Shown: positions 48,108 to 61,700 of the stretch, one piece after another | How the letters are laid out: every line of letters begins with the position of its first letter | How positions within the stretch are numbered: the stretch's first letter is position 1 | NCBI GenBank assembly: GCA_000708835.1 | Contig: DF236952.1 | Coordinates: 62,001-126,000, forward strand | Source: Klebsormidium nitens | Taxonomy: Eukaryota; Plantae; Klebsormidiophyceae | Reading direction: 5' to 3' | Length of the DNA: 64,000 nt | Notes under the pieces: generated by a model | What the model saw: the letters and a program-made list of their open reading frames with translations, nothing else | Database searches by the model: none | What the model was told of the DNA's origin: nothing | Program-made: the position numbers and the translations under genes

Positions 48108-51100
48108 CTAGGATGACGACATGTTCTGGAGCACGAGGTAGAGGCAGATAAGCGACGAGCAGTTGAGGCAGAGCCACGCGCTCGCGGGCACCAGCTCCAT
48201 CGCGGCCGCCTCGGGCGACGGCCGCTTCGGCTCGCCCCACGCGCGCAGCCGCTCCGCCTCGGCAGCATACACAGCGCGGCCCTGCAAAAAAAGGACACAG
48301 TTTTTTCAGGATGCTCTTTGCGAGGAGACTGAAAAGTGAAACTTGAGAAGGGCTTGAAGGCTTCTCAAATTGTCGACTGTTCTTTGATCGTCCTGCACGG
48401 CCCCTGAGGGGAAAAAAGCAAGCGTTGAAGCATCAGAATGTAGCATAAACACTTCTCGAGCACCATTTCTGCGCCGATCAAGCAAGGTCCAATCAGCAGC
48501 TCAGGGAGGCAACTAGACGTACATGTGTCTTTGAGAACCGCGCTCTCGCGTAATGAGACGAGAGCTCAGACTCAGGGCTCGCGATTCAAACGGGGGAAAC
48601 AATTCGAACGGTGGTGAACGGAAGCGAAAAGAATCCCGAAAAACCCTGCTCTCAAGCAAACTCTCGTCGTTGCTATGATGAGCCACCTCATCAGAGTCAC
48701 GCCCTCGCAGAAGTGAACTCAATGTTCACAGAATCATGAAGCCTGCGGATGAAAGCATGGAACCCAAACGAGAACTTGGTCAGGGTTGAGTAGATTGCGC
48801 GGCTTCTACTTTACCAACGAACCAGCGACCTCTCAGTAACCACGCCATCGCAGATGGCTTTCGGACTTCAAAAGTATTGAAAACGAGAAATTCAGGGAAG
48901 CGTCAAAAAGAGCGGGAAAATGGAAACATGGAAACACTCTTCGCGGCCCCCTCACCTCCGCATCGAACCAGCGGCCTCGTCGGAACCACGCGAGCGCGAG
49001 CGCGAGCAGGACACGTGGCGGCGTAAGATAGTTGATGGCTGCCCCGGTGCCCCGCACTCGGCGGAGGCGCGGGACGAGCGCTTTGGCGACCGTCTCGGGC
49101 TGCTCGCAGATGAAGTTGAAGGCCTGCTTGTTGGACAGAGTGGCGCCGCTGCACAGAACATGAGATGAGGCTTTCAGCACATCCTCCAGATTACTCTCCT
49201 CAATCTGGAGCAGAAAGGATAACAGACAACGGCCACTGCTCATGATTTGGAGCTTGAGAAAGCGAGGGCCCACAACAGGTACCCAAATGTGCTCGAAAGT
49301 TTTGTTTGAGTGAGATTATGTGGGCCCTGCCTTAAAAGACCGTGTTTGTGGAGTTCTTGAAGATATTCTCACCGAATAAGATATCTGCTGGGATGTATCG
49401 CTCACGAAAACCCAGCAAAAAGCAGCTCACGATAACCATTCCAGCAGACGCGGTTTTCAGCGCCATCTGGATGGAACGAAATCTTGCATTCCCCAACTAT
49501 ACCCAAGCAAAAGCGCAACACGAAGATTCAGGACAGTATTTACTACAACAATGGCATCACGACTGAAAGCATTTACACCAAGGTCACTCACGCTAAGAGC
49601 AGCTCTGTGAGGACCATTCCGGGAGACGCGGTGTGAACGCCCACTTTGGAGCTGGCCGTCTCCCGGAGCAGCGTCTGCTGCAATTGCCGCAGCGCGCACT
49701 TCGTGGCACCGTAACTGCACAGAGGAGAGCTGACGTCAGCATGTTGCCTAGAAGGAGAGAAGGCCGCGCGCTAATTGCGTCAGCATGACGGGACGTTCAA
49801 GCTTGCTGTGGCCAATGTCACGCACGGGCGAAGCGGGCACAGAAGAAGAAAAGGCGAATAACGACGGAACCGTCGACAAATCAAATCTCCGACGTCCAAA
49901 GGCCCAGAGCTTCAAGCAGGCTGTTAAGTCGACGCAACACGAGAAATGTGCTGTGCGAGTATCATGTTTACCGATACTGAAGGCTTCTGCCAGCTGAAAA
50001 CCGTCGCGGAAAACTATCCGACCGGGCTGACCGGTATTCTTACGACTTGCGCCAAATGAGGTCTGAGGCCCGCAACCAACAGTAGAGGAACATACGAAAC
50101 CCAACTCGAGATATACCGGGGTTGTTTGGGTCTGCTACCTCCTCCTGCCAGCGGGCGAAGGGGCGGTTACCTTCCGGGTTATTGAGATAACCATTTATCA
50201 AGGAAGGAATATACGGAAGCCGTTGACGGGTTGTACGGAAGAGTGAGGTATCGTACGACGCTCTGTAAAGGTTTACTTTTGGTGGGCAAAGTCGTCTCGA
50301 AGCAAACACCACTCACACGGCATACTGCGGGGTGGCATTCCCGCCCGAACCATTCCCGTCCATGTTGAACACGTGGCCCCCCGTCGGTTGGGACCGCATG
50401 AACCGGATGGCTTCCTTGGTGCACACAAGCGAGCCCACCAGGTTCGTCGCCACGACCTGCCAGAAATAGACGGAGGCCTCCAGTAAGAACTAGGGACGGC
50501 CAGCGGTTGAGGTGTAAGAATCCCATGTGATCTGCTCATTTTGCGGGTGAGGACTTTCAGTAATGCGGAGTCATGCACAAAGGACTCCCAGTCGCTCGAT
50601 CAGAAGAGCAACGCCGAATTTGAATCATACTACGAAGCAGAGACTCACAGACGGGAACATGCATCTCCAAAACGGAGGACTGAACTCGAAGTCCCAGTGT
50701 GCTTCGAGTTGACGTTGAATATTGCGCACTTCCATCAACAATTGCTTCCGAGACCTCAATGACAAGAAAAGTTCATGCATGCCTTCAGAGTACGTCCAAC
50801 TGGGCAATCTAAACAAGCGTCGGAACGTCATGGCACCATTTAAATGGGCTTTTCTTTCACCCTTGCACTTACGCTGCTGATCTCCTCGTCCTCGAACTCC
50901 ATCAAGGACTTGGCACCAGGGTTCTGGCCCGCGTTGTTGATCTGCAAGGGGAGCAGCGGGCGGTGTCAAGTTCAGCGATTGAACGGATCAACTGCTTCCG
51001 TGCAGAGGAACGGTAAGACAAACGCTGACTTCCACAACGGGCTACCTCACGGAACGTTCACGATCAACCCTAATACTTTGTCAAAACAGCAATTCTAGTG

Positions 51101-54100
51101 CACAGGATCGGCGTTCTCATGGTTTGGAGTGCTTCGTGCAGGGGAATGCAAGTGCAAACCGTGACTACCGAAATGAGCTGTCACCCGAAAGTTTCATAAC
51201 ATGCCCACAGAAATTCTTGTAGAGCAATAGCATCTTCATTGCACAGACTCTGCAATTATCTGTCGATTATTACGACGGTCCAAGATTGCCCGTGCTCACC
51301 CAGAGGTCCACGTGGCCAAAGTTGCTCTGCGCAAACTCCGCGAGCCGGCGGACATCTGCGCTGTCCGACACGTCGCACGCGCGCCCCACGACCCGGTGCG
51401 GCTTCGCCTCGCGCTTGCGGTTGCGCCACGAGTAGTCCCGCTTCGTGGGCTGACCCAGCCCCTCCTGCAGCATCTCCTTGCGCAGCTCCGCTACGGTCCG
51501 CCGGACGGCCTCCTCGCTACACAAAGGATATGTAACGAGGTTAAGAAGTGGTTAAGACGGTGTATATCTGGAAATAGTGTTCGAATATTCCGCTGAAAAG
51601 TGCCGGAATTAGAAACGGGTGGGTGCGCCTCGTGGGCTGCCCCAGCCCGTCCCCCAGCATCTCCTTGCGCGGCTCGGCTACAGTCCGCCGGACGGCCTCC
51701 TCGCTACAAGATTAGAATTTGAGGTAACACCGCATTTGAGAAAAGGTGTCCAAATTGCTTTAGTGAGCGTCCAAAACGAAAACGGCAGTTGCGCTTCGTC
51801 CGCTTTCCCAGCCCATCCATCAGCATCTCCTTTCGCAGCTCCGCTACGGTCCGCCGAACGGCCTCCTCGCCAGAGGGAACAAAATGCGAGAAATGTAAAA
51901 GCTGGAAAAGATGTTCAATTGGCATTGAAGGGCGTCCACAATAAAAACGAGTGATCGCGCTTTGTTGGCTGGCCCATCCCGTCCTAGCGCCCGCCACGTG
52001 GCTTCCTCGCTGCACAAGAGCGGGTGTCTGATGGCGTGCAGCAAGTGTCCCGACTTTCTTACATGATCCAATGAAGTCCAACATGAGGTGCGCCTTGCAC
52101 GTCCTTAACATCTCCTTGCGCTGCTCTACTCCGCTTTGGCGTACAAGCTCGTTGCAGCAGGGGACTCTTTGTCCCAAAGTCAAAACTTCAAAAGAGTCTC
52201 AATCGTCTAAACGTTTCTGTATTGCACCTCAGGAGGGACCGCACATGCGAGGTGGATTTGAATGTTCTTAGGCTGGCACAGCGCGCCGTCCGGCACCCCC
52301 AGGCGAAGCTCCGCTCGCAATCACTCAGAAGTTGCGTCAACCAAAAGCAGCCCGTATCTCACCTCCTGGACGCGACGACTACGTTGTCCCCAAAGCGGAG
52401 GAACTCCCGAGCAAGCGCTTTGCCCAAGCCCCGGGTGCTGCAACAAAACGAGAACCGTCTCTGGTTATAGCCAGCAAGGAGGATCTTCGGATCACGATCA
52501 TTATGTTCAGCAGCCGTCACTAAAAATGGGAGAAAGCGACCAAGCTAACAAAAAAGTCAGGTTCCCTTTGCTTGCCCAGACAAGAAGATTAGACCTACGA
52601 ATCAAGAATCGCTATGACGGGCGATTTCGACTCATCTTGAGGCCTAAGGAGGGAATTAGGATGCACAAAGGTTCTCTGATCATTCATCATGCCAGAGCAG
52701 ACGAGGGCGTGTGTCTAAAGTAGAAAGGTAGGAAGAGACATGTGCCGTAAACTTTCCTACCAGCAGACTAGGGGGTTTAGCTTTGAAACTTGAGAAGCGG
52801 GGCTTTCATCAAGACTAAGCAAAGCTTATGCAAAGATCAATATATACCTGCCAGTGACGACAACATTTCTCTGGGTTGAGTTGAGCTTGAAGCGCCAGAT
52901 CGCTGCTGAGCTCGTAAACGAGCCAATCACAAAGCCGCCCAACCACCCGCTGACGACGGGCGAGCTGAAATCGCCCGACCCTGAAGGAGAAAGCGCGTAA
53001 GATAGCAGAAACTTACTAATGTTCCATGCCTTTCTTAAAGAGACTCTCCTCTTCGATGGTGGTGATATGTAGAATGAAAGCAAGGAAATAATGCGATGTG
53101 GGTCTAGAAATAAAGTGGGGCTTATGTGCGTAGTCAAAACGTTGAGTTAGCAGGTTCATGGACCAGTCAAAGGAGATGTAACAGACATCCCGTCTCTGAC
53201 GCAGCAATCCGATAGATCTGCAACGATTTGGACGCAGTGGCGACTGAAAGGCAGAGAAATTGAAAAGTATAGAATTGTCATGGACTTCCGACGTTTTATC
53301 ACGGTGGACAAGTTCTGCGCTCTACGTTTTGAGTCAGCGCGTCTCACCTATCAGCTGAGCGGCAGTGCAGGAGACAGCAAACGTGGAGCTAAAAACGACC
53401 CCGTAGCGGACCACTTTCTTGGCCATCCAGCGCGAATACTGCAAACAGGAGACAGACAGTCGCCCATGTTGGCTGTTTCTATTGTAACGGATTGGCTTGA
53501 CATGACAGGGGCACTGACTTCGGATCACCAAGGTTTGTAGTCCGCATACTGGGACCTCGGGAATGTTGTCATTGAGATTTGCAGCTACACTACAGTGACA
53601 CCTCTACCTTACATATGAGATAGAAGGATCTTAAGAGGCACATGAGAAATGGTTCATGAAGAGTAAATCTGATGGGTCGCGATCTTGGCAGCCTCCTGAA
53701 AGGTGTGCAATAAATGTTTGAAAAAGCTGCCCCATACGTGGCAACAGTTCCTGACAGGATCGTATGAAAACCAAAGCGTTTGTTTCCAAGACTGCACAGC
53801 GCTGACAAAACAAACTGCCCACCACACTGATTTAGCAAATTCTAAGAACTAAGCCCAGAGGGCAATGCATACATTATGAAAGTCCTGTCAAGGTCTGCGC
53901 CCATGCCCAATTGTAGAGAAGGTAGAGTGCACAGCCGTAATCCCACTTTGATCTGCCAACAAATACTGGGGTTGGCCTTTTCAGTCAAAGGGGAACACTC
54001 TCTTATGCAAAAGTTGTCTTGGCAGGGAGGCTTCTACAATCATGCAGACAGAGGAAGCCCAAAATTCATACCTGCATCAGGGTCAGATGTGAAACACAGA

Positions 54101-54814
54101 CCTGAGTACTTGCTTCAAAGGACAGCGTGTGGGGCTTACCTGCAAGAATGCTTGATGTAGCGGGTGCCGCGCCGCAACTTTGGGGTCCATGACCAGAATT
54201 TTCTCCCACTGCCCATCAGTCACTTCCTCCCCAGCCTCGTTCTCAATCTCAACGGCTTGATCACCCTTCCGTCCAGTTTCGCCGTCCGATCCTTCGTCGG
54301 CCCTTTCTTTATACATACTTTGTGGGCTCTCTAGTCCCAGTGCATACTGTGGCAAAATGGAGACTTCTTCATCGTCACCTTCGGTTGACCCCTCAGCTTC
54401 ACTACCCCCCGCCTGGGTGGACTTATCATATTGCTTGCGAGACTCGCACCCTTGGAGCGGCTTCAAATACTCTCTTGATTCCACATCTTTCCGCCCAAAT
54501 GATCTCAAACCCCTTTGCCCTCCTTTCCCCTGGTCTTGCCGTCTCCCCAAACTCCTCCTCCTCCCCTCAGGGGTCAGCAGAAAGCCTCGGCAGGGGGCGA
54601 CCGACCGCGGTTCCCTAAACCCTGCCTGCAGCCCCCCTCTTGGGCGGACGGCTCTTGAAAAGAAGGACGTTGGCTTAAGCAGAAAAAAAGGTTGCGCATA
54701 AGCAGGCAGTCTGGGGCCCGTCTTTTTCACATTAGCGCCTGCACTACTCTGTGCTGCTGATGGGGAAGGGGCCTTCACACCACAGCGGCTCAGTCTCAAA
54801 GCTGCTTCCGCCAT
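48108..54814 (-). CDS. NYC1: Chlorophyll(ide) b reductase NYC1 (short-chain dehydrogenase/reductase with TM segments), 10 exons, about 629 aa
   Basis: Exons 54814-54140, 53438-53348, 52980-52848, 52437-52363, 51516-51300, 50941-50873, 50456-50317, 49714-49592, 49148-48956, 48281-48108; phase-consistent. GWLGGFVIG, NVVVTGSTRGLGKALAREFL, WINNAG, GHVFNMDG, YGATK, VHTASPGMVLTELL, NYLTPPR…WFRRGRWFD, GRAVYAAEAERLRAW. The last motifs distinguish NYC1 from NOL. Confidence 0.93.
51430..52160 (-). repeat. Array of four intronic echoes of the acceptor and 5' part of NYC1 exon 5
   Basis: Exon-start equivalents at 51516 (true, EEAVRRTVAELRKEMLQEGLGQPTKR), 51703 (AG kept; EEAVRRTVAEPRKEMLGDGLGQPTRR), 51869 (AG lost; EEAVRRTVAELRKEMLMDGLGKRTKR), 52009 (AG kept; EEATWRALG) and 52151 (AG lost; ELVRQSGVEQRKEML). 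Spacing 187, 166, 140, 142. Confidence 0.92.
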
Positions 54815-55713
54815 GATAAAAGCAGGGCGAGTGGACAAAGGCACTAAAATATTTGCTCCCAAAAGCAGGAGTTATTGCGAAGAAACCCTCATGCCCCCGC
54901 AACAGCAACGCAGCGTTGCAGAACAGCTTTTGGTGCAGCCTTCTTCGTAAACTTAGTATTGGCTTTGTCCTAAATGCACAGACCTCCCCAAACAACGAGC
55001 AAGCGCAGGAAGCATGGTCAATCGACTTCTCTCACAGCATTGTTGCGCAGAGCTCGAGTCTGTTTTTTCGTTTTTGTGGGGGAGGAAAATGGAAAACTTT
55101 GAGCTTCTTATGGGTTTGCGTTTGCCTTGACTCTGACAGTCTGAGTGAGGCTTTGGCGCCATGACAGAATATGTGCACTTTTTGTTGCGTCACATGGCTT
55201 TGTTTCGTCCAATCGCCGCATGCCACGGAGTAGGATACGTCACCAAACAGGTAAATGACTCAGGGTCCGTGACTGGGATGCGGACGAATTCACCACATGA
55301 GAATGTGCCTTTTAGTTGGCACTTCATATTATCTTTACTCCAAATCAAGGCCCCATAATCTATTTGTGTCAATTGACGAAGCGGTATTCTGATTGGACGA
55401 GCCGGTGCATGAGTCAATTGCGGACGATATGGTGTCCGCAGGGGCCATCCAAAGTTCCAAACGCCGTCGGAGATATTTTCCCACAAATTTCGCCTTTTTC
55501 AAGGAAACGAAAGGGAAAAGCTGAAAAGCGGTCTCAATCTGCGCCCATTCCCTTGGTCCTGGACCTTAACTTTTGACACCTTTTGAGTCATCCATCAGCT
55601 TCTCTCTCTCTCTGCATTTGGCGGCTTGGAGCAGGAGTACCTATCCGCACTTATCAAATTGACCAATTCCAGCTTGCTATCTCTAACAACCGTATCTCCT
55701 TGCACGAGAAGCC

Positions 55714-57901
55714 ATGTTGCGCGCCGTCCTCCGCCCCGCCTTCACAACAGCGGCCGCAACCGCCGCCGGTGGCCTCGCATCTTCTGCCCATGCAGACTAC
55801 AGGGGTCCAGAGGCTCCCAATGCTCTCAATACCTCGCTGGGAGCACTCAGTGCTAGTCAAGCAAAGACTGTCAATGCGACTGCGCTCGAGGCACACGCAT
55901 CCACATCAGCCGTGGCTCCTAAATTTGGTCTGGAAGAGGAATGGAACGTCGTTGACAGAGGAGAGGATGGGGAGTTTGTGGCTCAGCTGCTGGAGAGGCC
56001 TCCCCAGAAAATTGAGGTCCAGGAGGCTACGAGGGAGTTGGAGGCAATGTTTGCGAGGTGAGCTGCGTCATGTGACGGTTTCAGTCGCAATCCCAAATGA
56101 CTTCGCTCTTGCAAAAGCCAAGTTGCTGCGATGATGCAATCTGACAGATGCATCGGAAAGCTTTTATAAACCCCCTCTCCGGTCTTCGCGCTATGGGAGT
56201 GCTGACTGTTGCACTGCTGAGTCCGCTCTTATCACGCTTCTCTTTGGACATGAAGGAAAGTCTTAAGACCAGCAAGTTGGTGGCCATGATGGGTGGCCTC
56301 TTTGTTCTTGCGTCCACTCCTCCAAGAGCATCCCACTTCTTCCTGAAAATGTGTTATACAATGCTGGCATTTGCTTTGGATTGCTGCCTCTTGGCTTCTT
56401 TCGAGGAATGAGTAGATTAAGACTTCAGTTGACGTTTTGTTTCAATCGCTTAAGCCCTTCCTAACATACCATTGGGATATGTACCAGAATATCGGAATAT
56501 GAATAGAGACGGCCATATCTTGCAGGGAGAGCTATGCGGAAGGCGACCATGATGACAGCGGTGCCTCCTCGGACACCGAGACCGAGCTGGCCTCTCCTGC
56601 CCCTGAGGACATGGAGGAGGAAATTCCCTTCTCCCGCACGCGTGGTGTCGACTCAATCATGACTCACTGGAGGGACCCTTCTGAGACGGCGGCTATTGCC
56701 AGGAGGCAATCTGGAGCACGCTCTGTCGTGGCCCGCGCTTTTGAGCTGATGGAACGGGACCCTGAAGTCAGGGTGAGTTTCTGAGCTCTTTCAAGACAAA
56801 AATGCAGGGCGCTCCGTTAATCACCATGGTTTGTCCAAGATTTTGGCTGACTCGCTGATACACTATACATTGCTAGAGACTTGTTTGACGGAGAACCTTG
56901 AAATTCTTCGCCTTCTGTAAGCAGCATTCTGTAAGTATTCCAGATACTACCATTGTCTAACCCTTCATGTCAAGTTCTCTCAGAAGGAGGCCAAAAATCA
57001 AGGCAGTACTCGAGACTGCGACGATGTCCGACTGCTTTTTGATCAGACGAGTCTCTGTTTTTGGGGAAAATGTCAATATTTATCTTTGTCGCGATCGCCG
57101 GTTTTGAAGCACATTCTTGCGCATTGTTCCATTGCACGTCCTTTAAGCCCACACATACTCCCTGGCTGCAGGACACTGTTGTGGACCTGGCCACTGATCC
57201 CAACATTTGGGCGGCTGTCATGAACAACCAGAGCCTGCGCAACCTGCGTGCAAAGCGGCAGGCTGCACGGATCCATGGTGAGGGCGCTCATCTGCCGAAT
57301 GCTGGCGGTGAGTGGAAGCAATGTCATGCAGATTCTTTTCTTAGAGAAGTCACTCTTTGCTGAAAACATCCCAAGGTGCGAGAGTCAGATTGGACGTTCT
57401 GTGGACGGGACAGATTCACTTGCGCTGGAAGTCCGGCTTGAGCAGAGCTTGTGAAGCTTGATCTCTGTGGTTTTTGCCAAGGATTCCCTTCTTAAAAGTC
57501 GGTATGCATTTCTTCGTGTACTTGTGCAGATGAGCCTGGTCGTAGCATCGGACTTGAATTTACCCTGCATAAGCGCATTTTTTCTCCATCACTTACATCT
57601 AACAATGTACCATCACCTTGCAGAAGTTGCTGCAAATGATCCCCGTGAAGGCAGCGTACAGACCTCCGGCGTCAAGCTCCAGTCTCTATTCGGCCACATC
57701 AGCAACGGCGTCTCCCGACTGCTCGAGACTTGCATGGACATGGTGCATGGGATCCAGGCCTTCATCCAGAAGCAGCTCCTGGGGACCGGGGTTGGCGGAG
57801 CTGGGGAGGGGGACTGTGCACCTCATGACCCGTACTTGCAGGCAGTGGGAGTAATGGTGGTACTTGTTCTTGCTGTGATCATCATCAAGCGCGCCCCGTA
57901 G
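55714..57901 (+). CDS. Conserved uncharacterised plant protein (UCP012943 / At5g54540-At4g25170 type), 4 exons, 324 aa
   Basis: Exons 55714-56057, 56526-56772, 57172-57277, 57624-57901; phase-consistent. ARAFELMERDPEVRDTVVDLATDPNIWAAVMNNQSLRNL and a C-terminal hydrophobic VGVMVVLVLAVIIIKRAP* match the family as recalled. Confidence 0.72.
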
Positions 57902-58736
57902 TTTGGGGGCAGCAATATGGGAAGTGTCTTGGGAAGCGGGAGGGGGGGGTGAGTAAGGCTTTGGCTCTGGTCGGCCATGGCTTTTGTACACTATCAATAG
58001 TTATAAACGTAGTATCATGGACGGTTGTTGTATAGTATTGGGAATGGTTTATCAGTCCTAGACATAGTGGAACAATGCCTATCAGGAGATAAAAAGCAGG
58101 TTCCAGTAGTTGGTCGATACCGTTGCATGTTCACGAAGGCCATCATGGCATCAACAGAAGTTGCAGAGAAGTAAAGCAAGGACCGAGTTAACCTATGTGG
58201 TTATCCAATCGCATTGTTGCTCGCACTGTACTGTAGGCTGCTATCACGTTAAGGCAGAGCATGCAGCGGCCTTCAATGCCAGCGGCCAAACATATGTTTG
58301 TCGGATATGATGAGGATCATTCCGATTGCATGAAGCCCTGATTGTACGTACTAATGTATATATATTCTCTGTCGCCGTGATCGGCATTCATGCGGATATG
58401 AACAAATGTACGTACTTATCAGTCGAGCTCTGATGTGCATGGCGTGATATCAGATACAGGTGTTTTTCAAGGAAGGCGCACCCCCTTAGCGCAATTGAAC
58501 AAAGCCTGTCATTGCTGTACAACTTACCAAGGTGTAGGTACACCCACGACTGCCAGCGCTTCTCTCACAATGAGCTTAATTTTGGGCTGGCTGATCCCGA
58601 CATCACATCTTCTAAACTACAACCATACCGTTCATATATCATTCTTTTCTAATCACCTTCAATGCGTGTCAGTATGTACCAGATTTACAATCAAACAAAG
58701 AAACTATAACAGGGTTCTTGAGCTGCAAATGCTCAA

Positions 58737-61700
58737 TCACCAGCCCCACGCCAACCACTGATGCATATGCCAGGGAGCATGCGTTGCTCGCTGACGGTCC
58801 GCCCGTCGGTCGGTCTCGGCCCGCTCATACGCCTCATGAGCGGAACCGGCATCTTCCTGATTCTCCCGCGTGTTCCCCGCCTCCAAATCGGGTGGTGCAC
58901 TCGTCTCCGCCCCTTCTGGGCCTCCGCTTGAGGAGCCCGGTAAATTTTCCGCCGACTGTTGACTCAGTTCCAAGCCCCGTTCTGCAACGGTCTGCGGCAC
59001 AGGGATTCGGATGTACAGCGGCCGCTTGCATAACGGGCAGGAGGGGTCCTTCTTCAGCCACGTGTCAATGCAGGCTGCAGACGCAAAGACCGAGATGTTT
59101 GAGACGCGCGTTGGCGACCAGCAGGTGGGCAAATAAATACGAAGAATGCTCAGAAGGGCTCCGAAGAGGAGTCGCTGGAAAGATTGACTAGCGGTATGTT
59201 TCCTGCCCGTGGAGGGGTAGAAGGACAGTTGCCTACAATAGCGGGACAAGTACAGAATAACGAAAGATCGAAGGAGCGAGCGGAAACAGTGAATAGAGCA
59301 AAATCTGCGAGTAGAACGCCGAGGTAGCGGAGGGGTACCGGAACCAGAAGGAGAGCGGAGAGAGAGAAAAACGCAGAAACAAGGGCCAAATGCTATCTGT
59401 TACCTGTATGGAAAGCATGCCCGCACGGCAGCGGCCGCAGCAGCGCACCCTCTTCGTAATCCACCAAACAAATGGCGCACGACGTGTCACGCCCTTCTGT
59501 CGACTCCCCGTTGCGCGGCCCCCCCGATTCTTCCGCTTCCCCGCTTCCAGCAGCCCCCTTCTGCCCCTCTGCCAAATCAGAATCCATTTGTGCTTCCGAA
59601 CCGGCGCCCGACGGCCTCGGAATCAGAACCGGGGCGGATTCCGCTGATTCCGAGTCCTGGTGCCGCCGGAATTGTACCGGGGCTTCGGGACCGAGGGGCC
59701 GGGGTGTTTCTAGAGGCCCGATACTGCTGCTCGCAGAGGCGCCCGATTCAGACGACGTTGTGCCCAACTTTGGCGGCGTGGCTGGCGAGTGGGGGAACGC
59801 CGAGTGCCAGACCTGCACATGGATATTGATTTGTCATTGACATTCTCGCTGAACGAGCAAAGGGTACGCTCATGCAAGGCTGATGACCTTGAAAGGGTAG
59901 CACGTGGTCAGAACTTGGCTCGGTCTGGTTGATGACTTTGGCCGAAGCAGAGATTCAAGTACAATCTCATCTCGAGGTCCTTGTCGGTTGGTGTTCGTGA
60001 CGCTTCAGACTCTTAAGCGCTCCAAAAGCACATCGAAACATCGAAACATCGAATCTCCACAATGGACGGCACAACCTCTGGTGGCCCTTTGCCTGACATC
60101 AGCCTCAGGCCAAAACTGACAATCACCTTCCAACCTCAGCGCACTTTCTGCAATATTCCGTCACCTCAAATCCTGATACATTGCACACTCCGAAACAATC
60201 TGCGTCTAGCGAGAGTATACTGGTCTCCGCAAACTGCATCTTCGTACCGTTTGCGGAATCAAGATCCTGCGCGGGTCCTCTCCGAGCCATTTGACCAGCA
60301 TGACGTCACGGTCGAGCGGGTCCGGCTCCGCGGATGACGTCACTTTTGCTCTTTCTTCAAGGGGTAGGGCGGGCAAATGACCGGCACTGTTCCGCCTCCG
60401 CTTGAGGATGATGATGCCAGCGAACACGACGATGATGATAAGGCAGCCCCCGCCCGCCCAGACCAACTGTAAGGACCGAAAGATACTAAAAATCTTTTTT
60501 CAAAAGGGGTTTGTCTTCGCTTATTGGCTGGTAACTCTTGTGTGCCCTAACGACTATGTGGCATGTACGCCCTGAGTTTCGTGGACCCGAGACACCAAAC
60601 TGAAAATCCTAGCCCAATACTTACGCGCTCGGCACCCCAACCCACCCTAACCACCAGGCCAACCCCACCCGTCCTCCGGGCGCTTTTCTTAGGGCACACT
60701 GCGGTTAGGGCATACTAGAATAACACCGATGGCCGAAAGACGGAATAAGCCCAAAAGTAAAGTTAGAGGCGGTAAAGTTGTAGATAACTGTCGAGGTTTC
60801 GATTGAAAAAGAGTATGGATGTAGAAGCGATTCCTGTCCCGCCCAGAACAGCAGCGGCATATTGTAAAGCGTTCCGAGAAGAGTCTGAGGCCGCCTGCAA
60901 CAAGAGGCTCGCACGAGAGACTCGTCCTCAAAACGATCGAAGGATGCTTGTGCCCGTTCTCTTGATCAGCGGCAGGTTTGAAAACACATGTGCTGGCTCT
61001 TTCGCAAAGCATGATACTGGTCCATTCAGTGCGGCGCCAGCAAACCCCGATCGGCATGCTTTCAAGAATCCCCAAAGTCGAAAAAAATGTGGAAACGCAT
61101 GCAGCTGTCAGGGACCCAGGGCCAGCGGCAGATTCAACGGAGTCAAATGGCAGCGAAACTCACCGATACAGTCAGCAGCGGGCTCGTGTCGTCGACGTAA
61201 CTGACCCTGTAGTACATCTGCGAAGATAGCGTGAGATCGTCATGAAGCTCGCTTAGGTAAACGCCTCTTTCAACCGACGACCGCAAGCCCTGGACGCGTG
61301 TGACTATCACACTACATGGACTTAGAAGGGCCTCTCGTTGCATTACACAAACACACAAACAACGAACACCACACAAAGCAACAAACACACAGAAGCGGGA
61401 TGCTGGAAGAATCAAGCAATCTAGGTTGCCAAGGGCTCTGAAAAGGCAGCGAAGCATCAAAATCCGCACATGGGTTGTTGCAGTGGACATTAAGCTCAGT
61501 GAGCAGAAGAGAGCAGTTCTGGGGTTAGCTAGGGGGTTTGGGGTTGGCTGCGGGTGTGGATTAGACCTTCAACCATCCCAACTTTCGGTGGCCGGAATTT
61601 CAACTAGAGGGATACACTCCGCACGCTCACCACAAAGCCGTATGTGAGTGCGTCCGGGCCCGAGCCTGTGTTGAACACCACGGTCGCCTGGCGTGCGGGG

